A stretch of DNA of 64,000 nucleotides, taken from IMG/VR virus record IMGVR_UViG_3300023174_000037, one strand, 5' to 3'. Within the stretch, counting starts at the first letter, position 1; the number at the start of each line of letters is the position of its first letter. A program made the position numbers and the translations under genes. The DNA is from a virus. Taxonomy: Duplodnaviria > Caudoviricetes. Shown here in pieces: positions 1 through 8,721 of this stretch. The notes beneath the pieces were generated by a model. It saw only the letters and a program-made list of their open reading frames with translations. It was not told where the DNA came from and did no database searches.

Positions 1-205
1 CCGCTCCAATTTTTTGTGCAACTTTACGAGCAATGTCATGTAAACGTATAACCAGATATTCGATATCAAAATCCATTGTGTCGGCTCCTTGTTTTAAAAA
101 TTTTTCTAGTTTTCTTGTTCGGGCTTCTTCATCGTGCTGGGCCATATACTGCTCAATGATTTCTTTGTTGTTGTGAATATAATTCCAACGCTGTTGAGTA
201 TTCAT
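1..205 (-). CDS. hypothetical protein, partial (runs off the window start)
   Basis: ATG at 205-203 overlaps the TGA of the upstream gene (TGATG coupling); frame open to base 1 (MNTQQRWNYIHNNKEIIEQY...). Not in the ORF track. Confidence 0.6.
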   Translation of the reverse strand, partial: MNTQQRWNYIHNNKEIIEQYMAQHDEEARTRKLEKFLKQGADTMDFDIEYLVIRLHDIARKVAQKIGA

Positions 206-486
206 CAATCTCTCCTGGCATCTTCTTTGCCGTCTGCACGAGCAATACGGTCTGTATCAGGTTTCAATCCCAGAGCATTGCTGACAATGGTATCAATGCG
301 AATAACATCGTGATTCATGGTTTTTACGCGATTGTCTAAAGCTGTGATAATGCCGGCCATGCCTTTGACTGCTGACAAAACGCCAGCTAACAACAGTTTG
401 ATTGTGAGATATACAAAGTAGCCACCGGCGAGTGCGGCAGCAATCGGAAAACCCAGATCTCCGATGATCTTAAATGCTTCATTCAT
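205..486 (-). CDS. small hypothetical membrane protein
   Basis: 93 aa; N-terminal hydrophobic segment GFPIAAALAGGYFVYLTIKLLLAGVLSAV; SD AAGGAG; TAAATA box at 521-526. Confidence 0.75.
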   Translation of the reverse strand: MNEAFKIIGDLGFPIAAALAGGYFVYLTIKLLLAGVLSAVKGMAGIITALDNRVKTMNHDVIRIDTIVSNALGLKPDTDRIARADGKEDARRD

Positions 487-607
487 ACCAGCTCCTTTTA
501 GAGTCTTATTATTATACAGATATTTAGTTTATATGGTCATATTAAGGTAAACGGCGTATATTACTCCTAAATGTTACGCCGCCGCCAAACCGGCTTTAAA
601 TACACAT

Positions 608-1399
608 ATGAAATTTGCATTTGATTTAATTTCAGATTTACACGTTGAAACTTGGCCCGACTTTGATTGGACCGGGCAAGCCACGGCTCCTTATTGCGTA
701 GTAACCGGCGATGTTGCCCGTGACAGAGACGTGTTGATCAGCACACTAACACACCTTGGAAAATGCTATCCGGGCGGAGTGTTTTATATCGACGGCAATG
801 AAGAACACAAAGATTACTACGAAGATCTAGGCGAAAGCTATCGTGATTTGTATCACCGAGTAAGTCAAATTAAAAACGTAGTTTATCTTCAAGACAATGT
901 GGTCATTGTCAATGGCGTGGCCATACTAGGAACCAATGGCTGGTGGACATATGATTTTGATCCGTGTATGAGTGTGGATCAAAGCGTTATGCATATTCAA
1001 CAGCATTTTCATATTAGTAATTCTGCGGCTACTAGTATAACCGGCATAGCTTATCATGATGCGGCTTACTTGATCAAGAGTGTGCAAAAACTACAAAAAC
1101 ACAGTGACGTAAAAGCAATAGTTTTAGTCAGCCATACTGTTCCGGCGCCGTGGATAATCGCGCATGATCTAGATCTGGTAGATACTTGGAGATTTAATGG
1201 TATGGGAAATACTCATATTGCCAGATCCATTGAAGAAGATACCGAAAACAAAATTAAAACATGGTGTTTTGGACACTATCATCGACCCGTAGACCAACAA
1301 CTGGGCGGAATACAATATCTAAGTAATCCCAGAGGACGAGGAAATACTCCATGGCATCAATCCACGTTCTATCCTCGACGCATAGAGATTGACGTTTAG
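608..1399 (+). CDS. calcineurin-like metallophosphoesterase
   Basis: Motifs SDLH, GD, GNEEH, SH and GHYH; 263 aa; TAAATA at 597-602. Confidence 0.85.
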   Translation: MKFAFDLISDLHVETWPDFDWTGQATAPYCVVTGDVARDRDVLISTLTHLGKCYPGGVFYIDGNEEHKDYYEDLGESYRDLYHRVSQIKNVVYLQDNVVIVNGVAILGTNGWWTYDFDPCMSVDQSVMHIQQHFHISNSAATSITGIAYHDAAYLIKSVQKLQKHSDVKAIVLVSHTVPAPWIIAHDLDLVDTWRFNGMGNTHIARSIEEDTENKIKTWCFGHYHRPVDQQLGGIQYLSNPRGRGNTPWHQSTFYPRRIEIDV

Positions 1400-1704
1400 A
1401 CTGTCTCGGGTTCTAGTTTGATTTGCAACGGATAGTTGTTGTTGCGGGCTTGAACAGTTACTTCAATGCCTTTTTGTTCAGCTATTTCATACGGTAATAC
1501 CGCAACCACTGCACTGCCTTCTTGGTGAATATCAATAGTGATCTTCTCAGCAGTTTCTGTATTGTAATTGAATGAGTCAATCAAGGTCTCAATTACAAAT
1601 TCCATAGGTGTAGCATTGTCATTTAGATAAATCAGCTTGAACATGGGTGGTTCTGTGAGTCCCACATTAACTTGTGTTTTTGTTATTGTTCCAATTTGTG
1701 ACAT
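1396..1704 (-). CDS. clpS: ATP-dependent Clp protease adaptor ClpS
   Basis: PPMFKLIYLNDNATPMEFVIETL...IHQEGSAVV...AEQK...YPL matches the ClpS pattern; start moved to MSQIG (1704) behind an AAAGGA SD. Confidence 0.9.
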   Translation of the reverse strand: MSQIGTITKTQVNVGLTEPPMFKLIYLNDNATPMEFVIETLIDSFNYNTETAEKITIDIHQEGSAVVAVLPYEIAEQKGIEVTVQARNNNYPLQIKLEPETV

Positions 1705-1766
1705 CTCAGATCCTTTAAAGGTAGCAGTAGAGAGCACATGCCCTCTACTGTATTTACTATATTATA

Positions 1767-2213
1767 TTACTTCTTGTAGGTAATAGCAATAGTTTTAGGC
1801 TTCATTGCTTCAGGAATCTGACGTTCCAAGCTAACAGTAAGAATACCGTCTCGGCTAGTAGCATCAGTTACTTCAACATAATCAGCCAATGTAAATGTGC
1901 GAATAAAACGTCGGGCACTGATGCCTTGATATTCATATGCATATCCTTCGGGCAGATCAGTAGTTTCCTTTTCACCGGTAATAACCAATTGTCCGTCGTT
2001 TACATTAACTGTAACTTCACCTTGTGTAAAACCAGCAACAGCCACTTGAATTTCGTAGGTGCTCTCGCCTGTTTTTACAATATTGTAAGGTGGGTAGTTA
2101 GTTGTTGAGGAAGCCGCAGTATCAATTTGATGCATCATACGATCAAATAATCGGTCTACACCAATTGAGTTGCGATAGAATGGATTGAGATCCAGAGTTG
2201 TGATTTTTGTCAT
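1767..2213 (-). CDS. hsp20: small heat shock protein, Hsp20/IbpA family
   Basis: IGVDRLFD, NYPPYNI, VAVAGF, YQGISARRF, DGILTV; start moved to MTKIT (2213) behind AAAGGAGAA. Confidence 0.95.
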   Translation of the reverse strand: MTKITTLDLNPFYRNSIGVDRLFDRMMHQIDTAASSTTNYPPYNIVKTGESTYEIQVAVAGFTQGEVTVNVNDGQLVITGEKETTDLPEGYAYEYQGISARRFIRTFTLADYVEVTDATSRDGILTVSLERQIPEAMKPKTIAITYKK

Positions 2214-2247
2214 TGTTTTCTCCTTTGTTAAGCAAGTGACATATACA

Positions 2248-2285
2248 GTAGACCCGACCATCGGCATCTACATAGTATATTTATA
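2248..2285 (-). promoter_or_regulatory. T4 late-type promoter TATAAATA followed by a 5'-UTR hairpin of hsp20
   Basis: TATAAATA at 2285-2278; stem GTAGA-TG-CCGA/TGG/TCGG-G-TCTAC at 2271-2248. Confidence 0.65.
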
Positions 2286-2291
2286 ACACAT

Positions 2292-2516
2292 TTACCACCG
2301 TCTGTCAACAAGTCGATACTCAAATTGGCTGTTCCAAGTTGTGGCAAACACAGTATAGAAACGGTCTTGATCAAAGGCCAATCTATGTGTATATTTTATT
2401 GTTTTTTGTGTGTAAGGAATGTTGTAGCGAGTCGCCCAATCAACTATATCAAGGCGTATAAGATTTAAAACAAACCCATAACTTTCGTCCTGAGGCAATG
2501 CAAATTCTACAAACAC
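2292..2516 (-). CDS. hypothetical protein
   Basis: GTG at 2516 directly after the rpsU stop; the longer track start (2642) would overlap rpsU out of frame. Confidence 0.55.
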   Translation of the reverse strand: MFVEFALPQDESYGFVLNLIRLDIVDWATRYNIPYTQKTIKYTHRLAFDQDRFYTVFATTWNSQFEYRLVDRRW

Positions 2517-2517
2517 A

Positions 2518-2739
2518 TTAGTAGAGTTTTTTTGGAAGTTGTTGGTCGCGCAGTTTTTTGCGCCAGCGGGCACGGGCCGCACCTTTTTTGCGTTTACGCT
2601 CAGTGGTGGGTTTTTCGTAGGTTTCTCGTGATCGTAGTTCATCCAAGAGTCCAGACTCTTGTATCTTTTTCTTGAACTTGCGTAGAGCTTTTTCTAAGTG
2701 TCCGTCAACTACTCGGACTGATTTTTTAAACTCTTTCAC
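2518..2739 (-). CDS. rpsU: 30S ribosomal protein bS21
   Basis: [18 protein letters not shown]...[23 protein letters not shown] matches the S21 signature; 73 aa, basic. Confidence 0.93.
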   Translation of the reverse strand: MKEFKKSVRVVDGHLEKALRKFKKKIQESGLLDELRSRETYEKPTTERKRKKGAARARWRKKLRDQQLPKKLY

Positions 2740-3935
2740 AAATTTTCCTGTATTAGTGTCATAGGAGTATTTACCTGGGTTTTATTGATTGTGACCTGCA
2801 GGATAGATTGCTTACGATACCTGGGCAAATCAAACATGTGAGGTAGCAATACTCGCTCTAATTCGCTGTGTAGTCCTCTGGCACCGGTTCGAGTTTGCAG
2901 TGTGCGTTCAGCAATAATATCTAAACTTTCAGGATCAAATTCCAATGCCACATCGTCTTGGTTAAACAACCATTTGTATTGTTCTACAAAATTGCCTTTT
3001 ACTTCAGTTAATATGTTGACCAACTGTTGTTTGGTCAGGTCATGTAAATTTACATAACTGTTAAACCTACCTACAAATTCAGGAATCATTCCATACTTGA
3101 CCAAGTCATCTGGTGTAGCAGGTTGAGTGCCTGGTTGATTTTTAGAACCAATGGTTGCACCAAAGCCCATGGCGGTTCCTTGCACTCGATTTTGTATGAC
3201 ACGGTCTAATCCCACAAATGCGCCACTGGCAACAAACAAAATGTTTGTAGTATCAATTTCGACCATTTCTGAACTGCTGGTTTTTTTAGTGCCATGTGCT
3301 GAGATTCTACATTTGGTTCCTTCGACTAGTTTAAGTAGAGCTTGCTGGACACCCTCGCCCGATACATCTCGGCTTACGGTGGCACTTTCACTCTTGCGAG
3401 CAATTTTGTCAATTTCATCCAAAAACACAATGCCACGTTGGCATCGTTCTACATCACCATCTGCGGCGGTGTATAAACGAGCAATCATGCTTTCTACATC
3501 ATCCCCTACATAGCCGGCTTCAGTCAAGCAAGTAGCATCGGCAATAACAAATGGCACATTGAGATACTGAGCAACAGTTCGTGCCATCAGTGTTTTACCT
3601 GTGCCAGTAGGGCCAATCATGAGTATGTTAGATTTAACAATAGTCGAGTCTGCACGACTAATGCGTTTGTAGTGATTAGCAATGGCCACACCAAGTATAA
3701 TTTTAGCTTCGTCCTGACCCACCACATGTTGATCAAGATAATCTCTCACATCCTTGGGGTCTATAACTGTGGGTGATTTTGAATTTGTTTGTGCAGCGGG
3801 TGCGGTGTCTTTAAGTAGGCCGTCACAAAGATCTACACATTCATTACATATGGCCACTTTGTGACTTACAATCAATTTACCAACACGATCTTTGTGCTTG
3901 TCGCAAAAACTGCAATGCTCAATAGCCAGGCTCAT
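2736..3935 (-). CDS. clpX: ATP-dependent Clp protease ATPase subunit ClpX
   Basis: N-terminal zinc domain CSFC...ICNECVDLC, Walker [13 protein letters not shown] pore loop, Walker [27 protein letters not shown]. Confidence 0.95.
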   Translation of the reverse strand: MSLAIEHCSFCDKHKDRVGKLIVSHKVAICNECVDLCDGLLKDTAPAAQTNSKSPTVIDPKDVRDYLDQHVVGQDEAKIILGVAIANHYKRISRADSTIVKSNILMIGPTGTGKTLMARTVAQYLNVPFVIADATCLTEAGYVGDDVESMIARLYTAADGDVERCQRGIVFLDEIDKIARKSESATVSRDVSGEGVQQALLKLVEGTKCRISAHGTKKTSSSEMVEIDTTNILFVASGAFVGLDRVIQNRVQGTAMGFGATIGSKNQPGTQPATPDDLVKYGMIPEFVGRFNSYVNLHDLTKQQLVNILTEVKGNFVEQYKWLFNQDDVALEFDPESLDIIAERTLQTRTGARGLHSELERVLLPHMFDLPRYRKQSILQVTINKTQVNTPMTLIQENL

Positions 3936-3936
3936 G

Positions 3937-5682
3937 TTATTCTTTCTTTTCTAATCTTTTTTCAATGCTTTCCCGTTCAGCATCACTCAGTAACTCTGGA
4001 TCATATTCACCAGTGCTGATTTTTTCGATAAGGTGATCGATGTATGCTTCATCATAAAGATATTGGTCACTTAATTTTTTATCTACTTCGATCCAATTGG
4101 TGCCGTTGAATTTATACAAAGTGCTTGGCAATTGATCTACTCTCAGGAACATGTCGCCTTTGGCGGAGCTGCCGGGAAAGCTGGTTCCAAACCCACGCAT
4201 CTCTCCTGTGGCAGACTTGGGCGCATTGTCAGCAGACAATCCCAAATCAAATTGATCCATTGGGCCGGCATTGGCCCAAGTGCCGTCGGGTTGAGGTACC
4301 CACAGATTGCCATCCGTTTCTGATTGCTTGAGCTCTTCTTGTTGTGTGTTAACTGGTAAAGATTCTATATATCTTTCTACTGCATGGTTGGCATCTACAC
4401 TACCTGGGTCAAATGCTTTATGATGCATACGTTTACCATCGATATCAACATAATCGTTGTTGCCAACTGCCTTTATTGCAGGAGGTTGTGCAATGGTTTC
4501 TTCTTTGGCTGTTTGTGCAATTACTTCTTCTTTGGCTGTTTGTTTGGCCTGTGCAAACTCTTCTACTTCAATTTCGTTATCGGGGTAGACAACTTGTGGT
4601 GTTTTGGGCCACATCCAACCGGGTGTGTGTGGCTCCTCGGTTTGTCGAAACAATTCCGTTTTGGTAATTAACTCTCCAGTTGGCAAATCTTTATCTGCCA
4701 ACTCTCGTAGTTGTTTTAGTTGTTCTTCTGTTAGCGGACCATCATCAGCTTCATACTTGGGTTCGTCTTTGATACCAAGGTCCTGCATTGTTTCTGTTAA
4801 CTCTTGCTCAATTCGTTTGTGGGCTTCTTCGTCAGTTTCTTCTCGCTTCTGATCCCAAAAACGAGCTCGTTTTTTAGCACGGTCAAACCACTCGCTCACT
4901 GATTTGTTTTTAGGCTTGGGTTCTTCGCCGTGTGCCCAGCGGATACTTTGTTGTGCGGCTAGAATTAGGACCAAGGCCAATGGGTCAAACACAGCAACGA
5001 TAATTACAATCATCCATACCACTGCTTTTTCTAATATGTTAGCGTCAGGATTATCATCGTAAATTAATTTGGCAATATATTTGATCGGTCCAACCTCGGC
5101 TTCAACTTTACGCACTTCTGCGGCAATAGGAGCCCGTAGGTCATTTAGTTTGACAATTTCTGTTTGTGCCCGAGCTATTTCACCTTGTAAGTTACCACGC
5201 TCACGAGCCTGAGCACGACGAATTGCTGTGGCCTTATCTGCACCTTTTTCGTCGTTACTACGACTCATTGTTTGATCAACTGCGGCATCCATTTGTTGTA
5301 AAGCTCGCCGAGCCGATTCAATATTGTCTTTTTGAATCTTAATTTTTTCGTCATAGATGGCAATCTTGCCTTGAACATCTCCTGACACTAGGTTTTGATC
5401 ATTGTGGGCTTTACTTAGGAATCCAAAGATTCCCATGCTGGTGATCAACATCAACACCACCACCGCCGGCAATAGATACAGTTTAAATGTAAGGCTGGCC
5501 CTTTCCCAGTTGTTCTTTAACCATACCGCGGCAACTACTTTGCCCAGTTCCAGGCTACCGCCCATGATCAAGATTGGAATTATAGCACCAGAAAAGATTG
5601 CAGCCAGGCCGGTTATACTATAGTAAGCGGCAACCACTTCTATCAATAAGGCTACAAATAAGGTAAAATATCCAAAGAGCAT
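3937..5682 (-). CDS. membrane-anchored coiled-coil protein of unknown function
   Basis: Several N-terminal hydrophobic helices, a long heptad-rich region, a further TM segment and an acidic C-terminal half; TAAATA box at 5690-5695. Confidence 0.75.
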   Translation of the reverse strand: MLFGYFTLFVALLIEVVAAYYSITGLAAIFSGAIIPILIMGGSLELGKVVAAVWLKNNWERASLTFKLYLLPAVVVLMLITSMGIFGFLSKAHNDQNLVSGDVQGKIAIYDEKIKIQKDNIESARRALQQMDAAVDQTMSRSNDEKGADKATAIRRAQARERGNLQGEIARAQTEIVKLNDLRAPIAAEVRKVEAEVGPIKYIAKLIYDDNPDANILEKAVVWMIVIIVAVFDPLALVLILAAQQSIRWAHGEEPKPKNKSVSEWFDRAKKRARFWDQKREETDEEAHKRIEQELTETMQDLGIKDEPKYEADDGPLTEEQLKQLRELADKDLPTGELITKTELFRQTEEPHTPGWMWPKTPQVVYPDNEIEVEEFAQAKQTAKEEVIAQTAKEETIAQPPAIKAVGNNDYVDIDGKRMHHKAFDPGSVDANHAVERYIESLPVNTQQEELKQSETDGNLWVPQPDGTWANAGPMDQFDLGLSADNAPKSATGEMRGFGTSFPGSSAKGDMFLRVDQLPSTLYKFNGTNWIEVDKKLSDQYLYDEAYIDHLIEKISTGEYDPELLSDAERESIEKRLEKKE

Positions 5683-5692
5683 AGTCTAATAT

Positions 5693-5923
5693 TTATTGTT
5701 TTTTTCCAGGCCACGTCTTGGTTAACAAGTTAAATTCACGTTCGTTTGTGACCATTCTATTTTCTAAATGGTCTAAACGACGTTGTAGGTTAACTGTGCG
5801 GATTAATAGAATAACCAAGGCTACAATGACCACAGTAAAGGTTAATCCCCAACCAGCAATAATACCATAGGTCCATAACCAGAGACTGTCGATTGTATTG
5901 GTTAACAGTGTTATTGGATTCAT
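5693..5923 (-). CDS. small membrane protein
   Basis: 76 aa, one long TM segment followed by a short coiled coil. Confidence 0.65.
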   Translation of the reverse strand: MNPITLLTNTIDSLWLWTYGIIAGWGLTFTVVIVALVILLIRTVNLQRRLDHLENRMVTNEREFNLLTKTWPGKKQ

Positions 5924-6126
5924 TCAGGCTGGCCGCCGGTGCATGACCCGCCCGAAAACCAAAGTTCTTCGGCCTGTTCTCTATACTGTGCCAGATCATA
6001 CTCGTCCTTTTTGGCACGGTATGCTTCTTCTGTAAGACCGTGCCAACCGATGCATTTGCCTGTTGGACTACGGCCGCAACCACACCGGCCAAATTCTTCA
6101 AGATTTTCTTTGACCCTTACTTGCAT
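5920..6126 (-). CDS. CDGSH-like 2Fe-2S/zinc-finger small protein
   Basis: CGCGRSPTGKCIGWH keeps the C-x-C-x2-S-x4-C-x-G-x-H ligand pattern of CDGSH domains, with slightly shorter spacing. Confidence 0.6.
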   Translation of the reverse strand: MQVRVKENLEEFGRCGCGRSPTGKCIGWHGLTEEAYRAKKDEYDLAQYREQAEELWFSGGSCTGGQPE

Positions 6127-6127
6127 A

Positions 6128-6823
6128 TTATTTTCTATCGCCGAATAATTGTAACAGGTTTAAGAACAGGTTGATAAAGTCCATATACAGAGTCAATGCG
6201 CCTGTGACCTCTACTGAATCACTGGTGTCAACACTGACCATTTCGCGAATCTGTTGTGTGTCGTATGCAGTTAGTCCCAGGAAGATGATGATTGCCAAGG
6301 CACTGATTGCCATCTGCATCACGGTACTGCCAATAAAGATATTGACAATGCTGGCAATAACAATGGCAATTAATCCAACAAACATAAACTTGCCCATGCT
6401 GTCTAGGCTACGTTTGGTAAAATAACCATAACCACTCATTACTGCAAACAGGATAGCCGCCCCCATGAATGCTGACACAATCGATCCCATGGTAAACACA
6501 GCAAAGATCATTGAAAAGCTCAAGCCCATCAATGCCGCAAATCCATGTAGACATAGCTGAGCCACACCTTTGCTGGGATTGTTGTTTAACACATAACTAA
6601 TACCAAAGATTGCGGCCAAGGGTGCAAAGATCACAATCCACTTTAACACACCTGTGAAAAAGAAAGCCAGTAACTCTGGTGTAGTGCCCACCCAGTAACT
6701 GACCAACATGGATACAATCACTGCCAGACTCATGTGTCCGTAAACACGGCCCATGGCTGAATTGATTTCTCCTGCTGTGCGGTAATTTAATACGCCGCCA
6801 TCTGTGTAATTTGTTCCGAACAT
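6128..6823 (-). CDS. Bax inhibitor-1/YccA (TMBIM) family membrane protein
   Basis: About 7 TM helices; LTAYDTQQI and ALTLYMDFINLFLNLLQLFG are characteristic C-terminal motifs. Confidence 0.9.
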   Translation of the reverse strand: MFGTNYTDGGVLNYRTAGEINSAMGRVYGHMSLAVIVSMLVSYWVGTTPELLAFFFTGVLKWIVIFAPLAAIFGISYVLNNNPSKGVAQLCLHGFAALMGLSFSMIFAVFTMGSIVSAFMGAAILFAVMSGYGYFTKRSLDSMGKFMFVGLIAIVIASIVNIFIGSTVMQMAISALAIIIFLGLTAYDTQQIREMVSVDTSDSVEVTGALTLYMDFINLFLNLLQLFGDRK

Positions 6824-6854
6824 TTTAATCTCCTTAATTTAATCAACTGACTTT

Positions 6855-8039
6855 TTACTTCTCTGACATGGATTCCACAATACGATCCATGGCAATTGCA
6901 GGATCCCACTCTTGACAATACTTAGCACGATTGGCACGACCTTCTTTGGTGTCTGGATCATAATCAATCCATTCAAATTCGGTACCATCACACTCTGGGC
7001 AATGGCTGTTGTAGTCGTCATCTTCGCGCATGTTGCTACGCATACCAGTCCAACCGCATTTTTTATCACTGCACTGTGCATCTGGTGGCTCCGGTGGTTG
7101 ATTGACCCACGATCCAGTATCCCAATTATACCCCGACCAGGAAACAACTTCTCCAGTGATTGGTTTAAACTGTCCGTATTCCCATTCACCAAACTCAACA
7201 CCGTTCCAGTATGCTGAACCATAGGTTGTACCAAAGTGTCGCCAGGTGCAACTGTAATATCCTGGAATTGTGGGTTTGACTTTGTTAAACTTAAATGTCT
7301 CAGATCGTTCCCAGGTACTCGGACTTGTGCCGTGTTCAGGGTGGCCCCAATCTTTTTCTTCAGGACTATAAGTTTCCCAAGTATTGCTGTCTTGAACTAG
7401 ATACATTCCAAAGTCCGAACTCTTGCCATCCGTGCTGCCACCAAAGTTATCAATGTCTTCGCCATCGTAGGTCACACTATTAATTAGTTCTTCGCCGTCA
7501 ATTTCATCGTAACCCAATGTTAACTTGGTAATATCAAATGGTTGTGTAAGTTCAATTTCGCCTTCGAAGAATGTGCCTTTTTCGTTGCTGCATCCAACAA
7601 ACACTACAGTGCCCGGTTTTTCTTGACCAATCCACACTTCATCATTGCAGGACCAATCCGGTTCGCCATCGCATCCGCCACCCACAATTGCATCCAATGA
7701 TTTTTCATACACTACATTACCATTTTCATCTTCAATTTGAATAGTGCCAGCATTACGACTAACTCCATTGGTGTGTGCTAGATTGTCGCATTCATACCAT
7801 GATCCAGGAGGAAATGGCAACATGTCCAAGTCAAGATCCATTTCGTCTTGCACAGTGTCTTCGTCGCTCCATGCAATTTCTGACAAGTCAACTTGGTGTT
7901 CCATACAGTAGTTCCACACTTCACGATCTACTGTGCCCATGACTTTTTCCCCACCGTAGCCCCACATGCTGATTTTGTAGGTGCGTGGTGTAAATTTTAG
8001 TGTGTCAATAAGTTGTTTTTTTTCTTCCTGCGTTGCCAT
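6855..8039 (-). CDS. acidic hypothetical protein with a C-terminal zinc-ribbon-like motif
   Basis: 394 aa; CSDKKCGW...HCPECDG near the C-terminus; SD AAGGAG. Confidence 0.7.
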   Translation of the reverse strand: MATQEEKKQLIDTLKFTPRTYKISMWGYGGEKVMGTVDREVWNYCMEHQVDLSEIAWSDEDTVQDEMDLDLDMLPFPPGSWYECDNLAHTNGVSRNAGTIQIEDENGNVVYEKSLDAIVGGGCDGEPDWSCNDEVWIGQEKPGTVVFVGCSNEKGTFFEGEIELTQPFDITKLTLGYDEIDGEELINSVTYDGEDIDNFGGSTDGKSSDFGMYLVQDSNTWETYSPEEKDWGHPEHGTSPSTWERSETFKFNKVKPTIPGYYSCTWRHFGTTYGSAYWNGVEFGEWEYGQFKPITGEVVSWSGYNWDTGSWVNQPPEPPDAQCSDKKCGWTGMRSNMREDDDYNSHCPECDGTEFEWIDYDPDTKEGRANRAKYCQEWDPAIAMDRIVESMSEK

Positions 8040-8040
8040 G

Positions 8041-8154
8041 TTACTCCTTATCTAAAAATTCAATTACCTTGCTAATAGTCCATGCTAACAATATGGCCAG
8101 CAATATAGTTATTATTGCTTCAATAAACCAAGGCTCGTTGAGCCAATCCGTCAT
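8041..8154 (-). CDS. 37-aa single-TM microprotein
   Basis: MTDWLNEPWFIEAIITILLAILLAWTISKVIEFLDKE; start overlaps the upstream TGA and the ORF fills the gap exactly. Confidence 0.55.
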   Translation of the reverse strand: MTDWLNEPWFIEAIITILLAILLAWTISKVIEFLDKE

Positions 8155-8453
8155 ACTTGCACAATCCTTGTCACATTGGCAACACGGAATGATCGCCATT
8201 CTGATTTGTCCACACACCAAACACTTAGCGTTTCGGGTTTGTAAAGTCGAGTTTCATGAAACTCTTTGAGGGGTTGTGGTGGTAACAAACTGCTGTCTAA
8301 CGTGCAAGGCATAGTGCGTAGTTCACCGTTGACCTTGGTAAATGTGATTTCGTAAACGCCGTTGTGCAACAGATTACGAATTTCTCGATTGCGTGAATCT
8401 AAATCCTCTGTAACAGTATCGTATACAATTTCCATATCAAGCTGCCTTTTCAA
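8151..8453 (-). CDS. WYL_2/Sm-like SH3 beta-barrel phage protein
   Basis: ITFTKVNGELRTMPCTL...VWCVDKSEWRSFRVANV pattern. Confidence 0.65.
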   Translation of the reverse strand: MKRQLDMEIVYDTVTEDLDSRNREIRNLLHNGVYEITFTKVNGELRTMPCTLDSSLLPPQPLKEFHETRLYKPETLSVWCVDKSEWRSFRVANVTRIVQV

Positions 8454-8718
8454 AAATAGTTGACCAAGTTTTTAACTTCTCACGTTTGGCTTCTGCGGCA
8501 CGTTCGATACCAGACCAACTTACAATATCTAAATCCTGCAAGATATCAATCATGGCATATAGGTCGCCAATCTCATCTTCTAAGTGCTCGCGATTGGTTT
8601 TGTTCTTGCCAGGTTTGGCATTGTCCATACCAAAGCGGCGGATTTTGCTCACAGCCTGAATTACTTCAGCACATTCCTCTTGGAGGATATCCATTGCTTC
8701 ACTTGTGGTCTTGTTCAT
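8437..8718 (-). CDS. MazG-like NTP pyrophosphohydrolase
   Basis: ILQEECAEVIQAVSK and LEDEIGDL acidic helical motifs. Confidence 0.75.
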   Translation of the reverse strand: MNKTTSEAMDILQEECAEVIQAVSKIRRFGMDNAKPGKNKTNREHLEDEIGDLYAMIDILQDLDIVSWSGIERAAEAKREKLKTWSTIFEKAA

Positions 8719-8721
8719 GTG

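Noticed and set aside
2517-2642. N-terminal extension of ORF 2292..2642
   Set aside because: It overlaps rpsU out of frame; a GTG directly after the rpsU stop is the simpler start.
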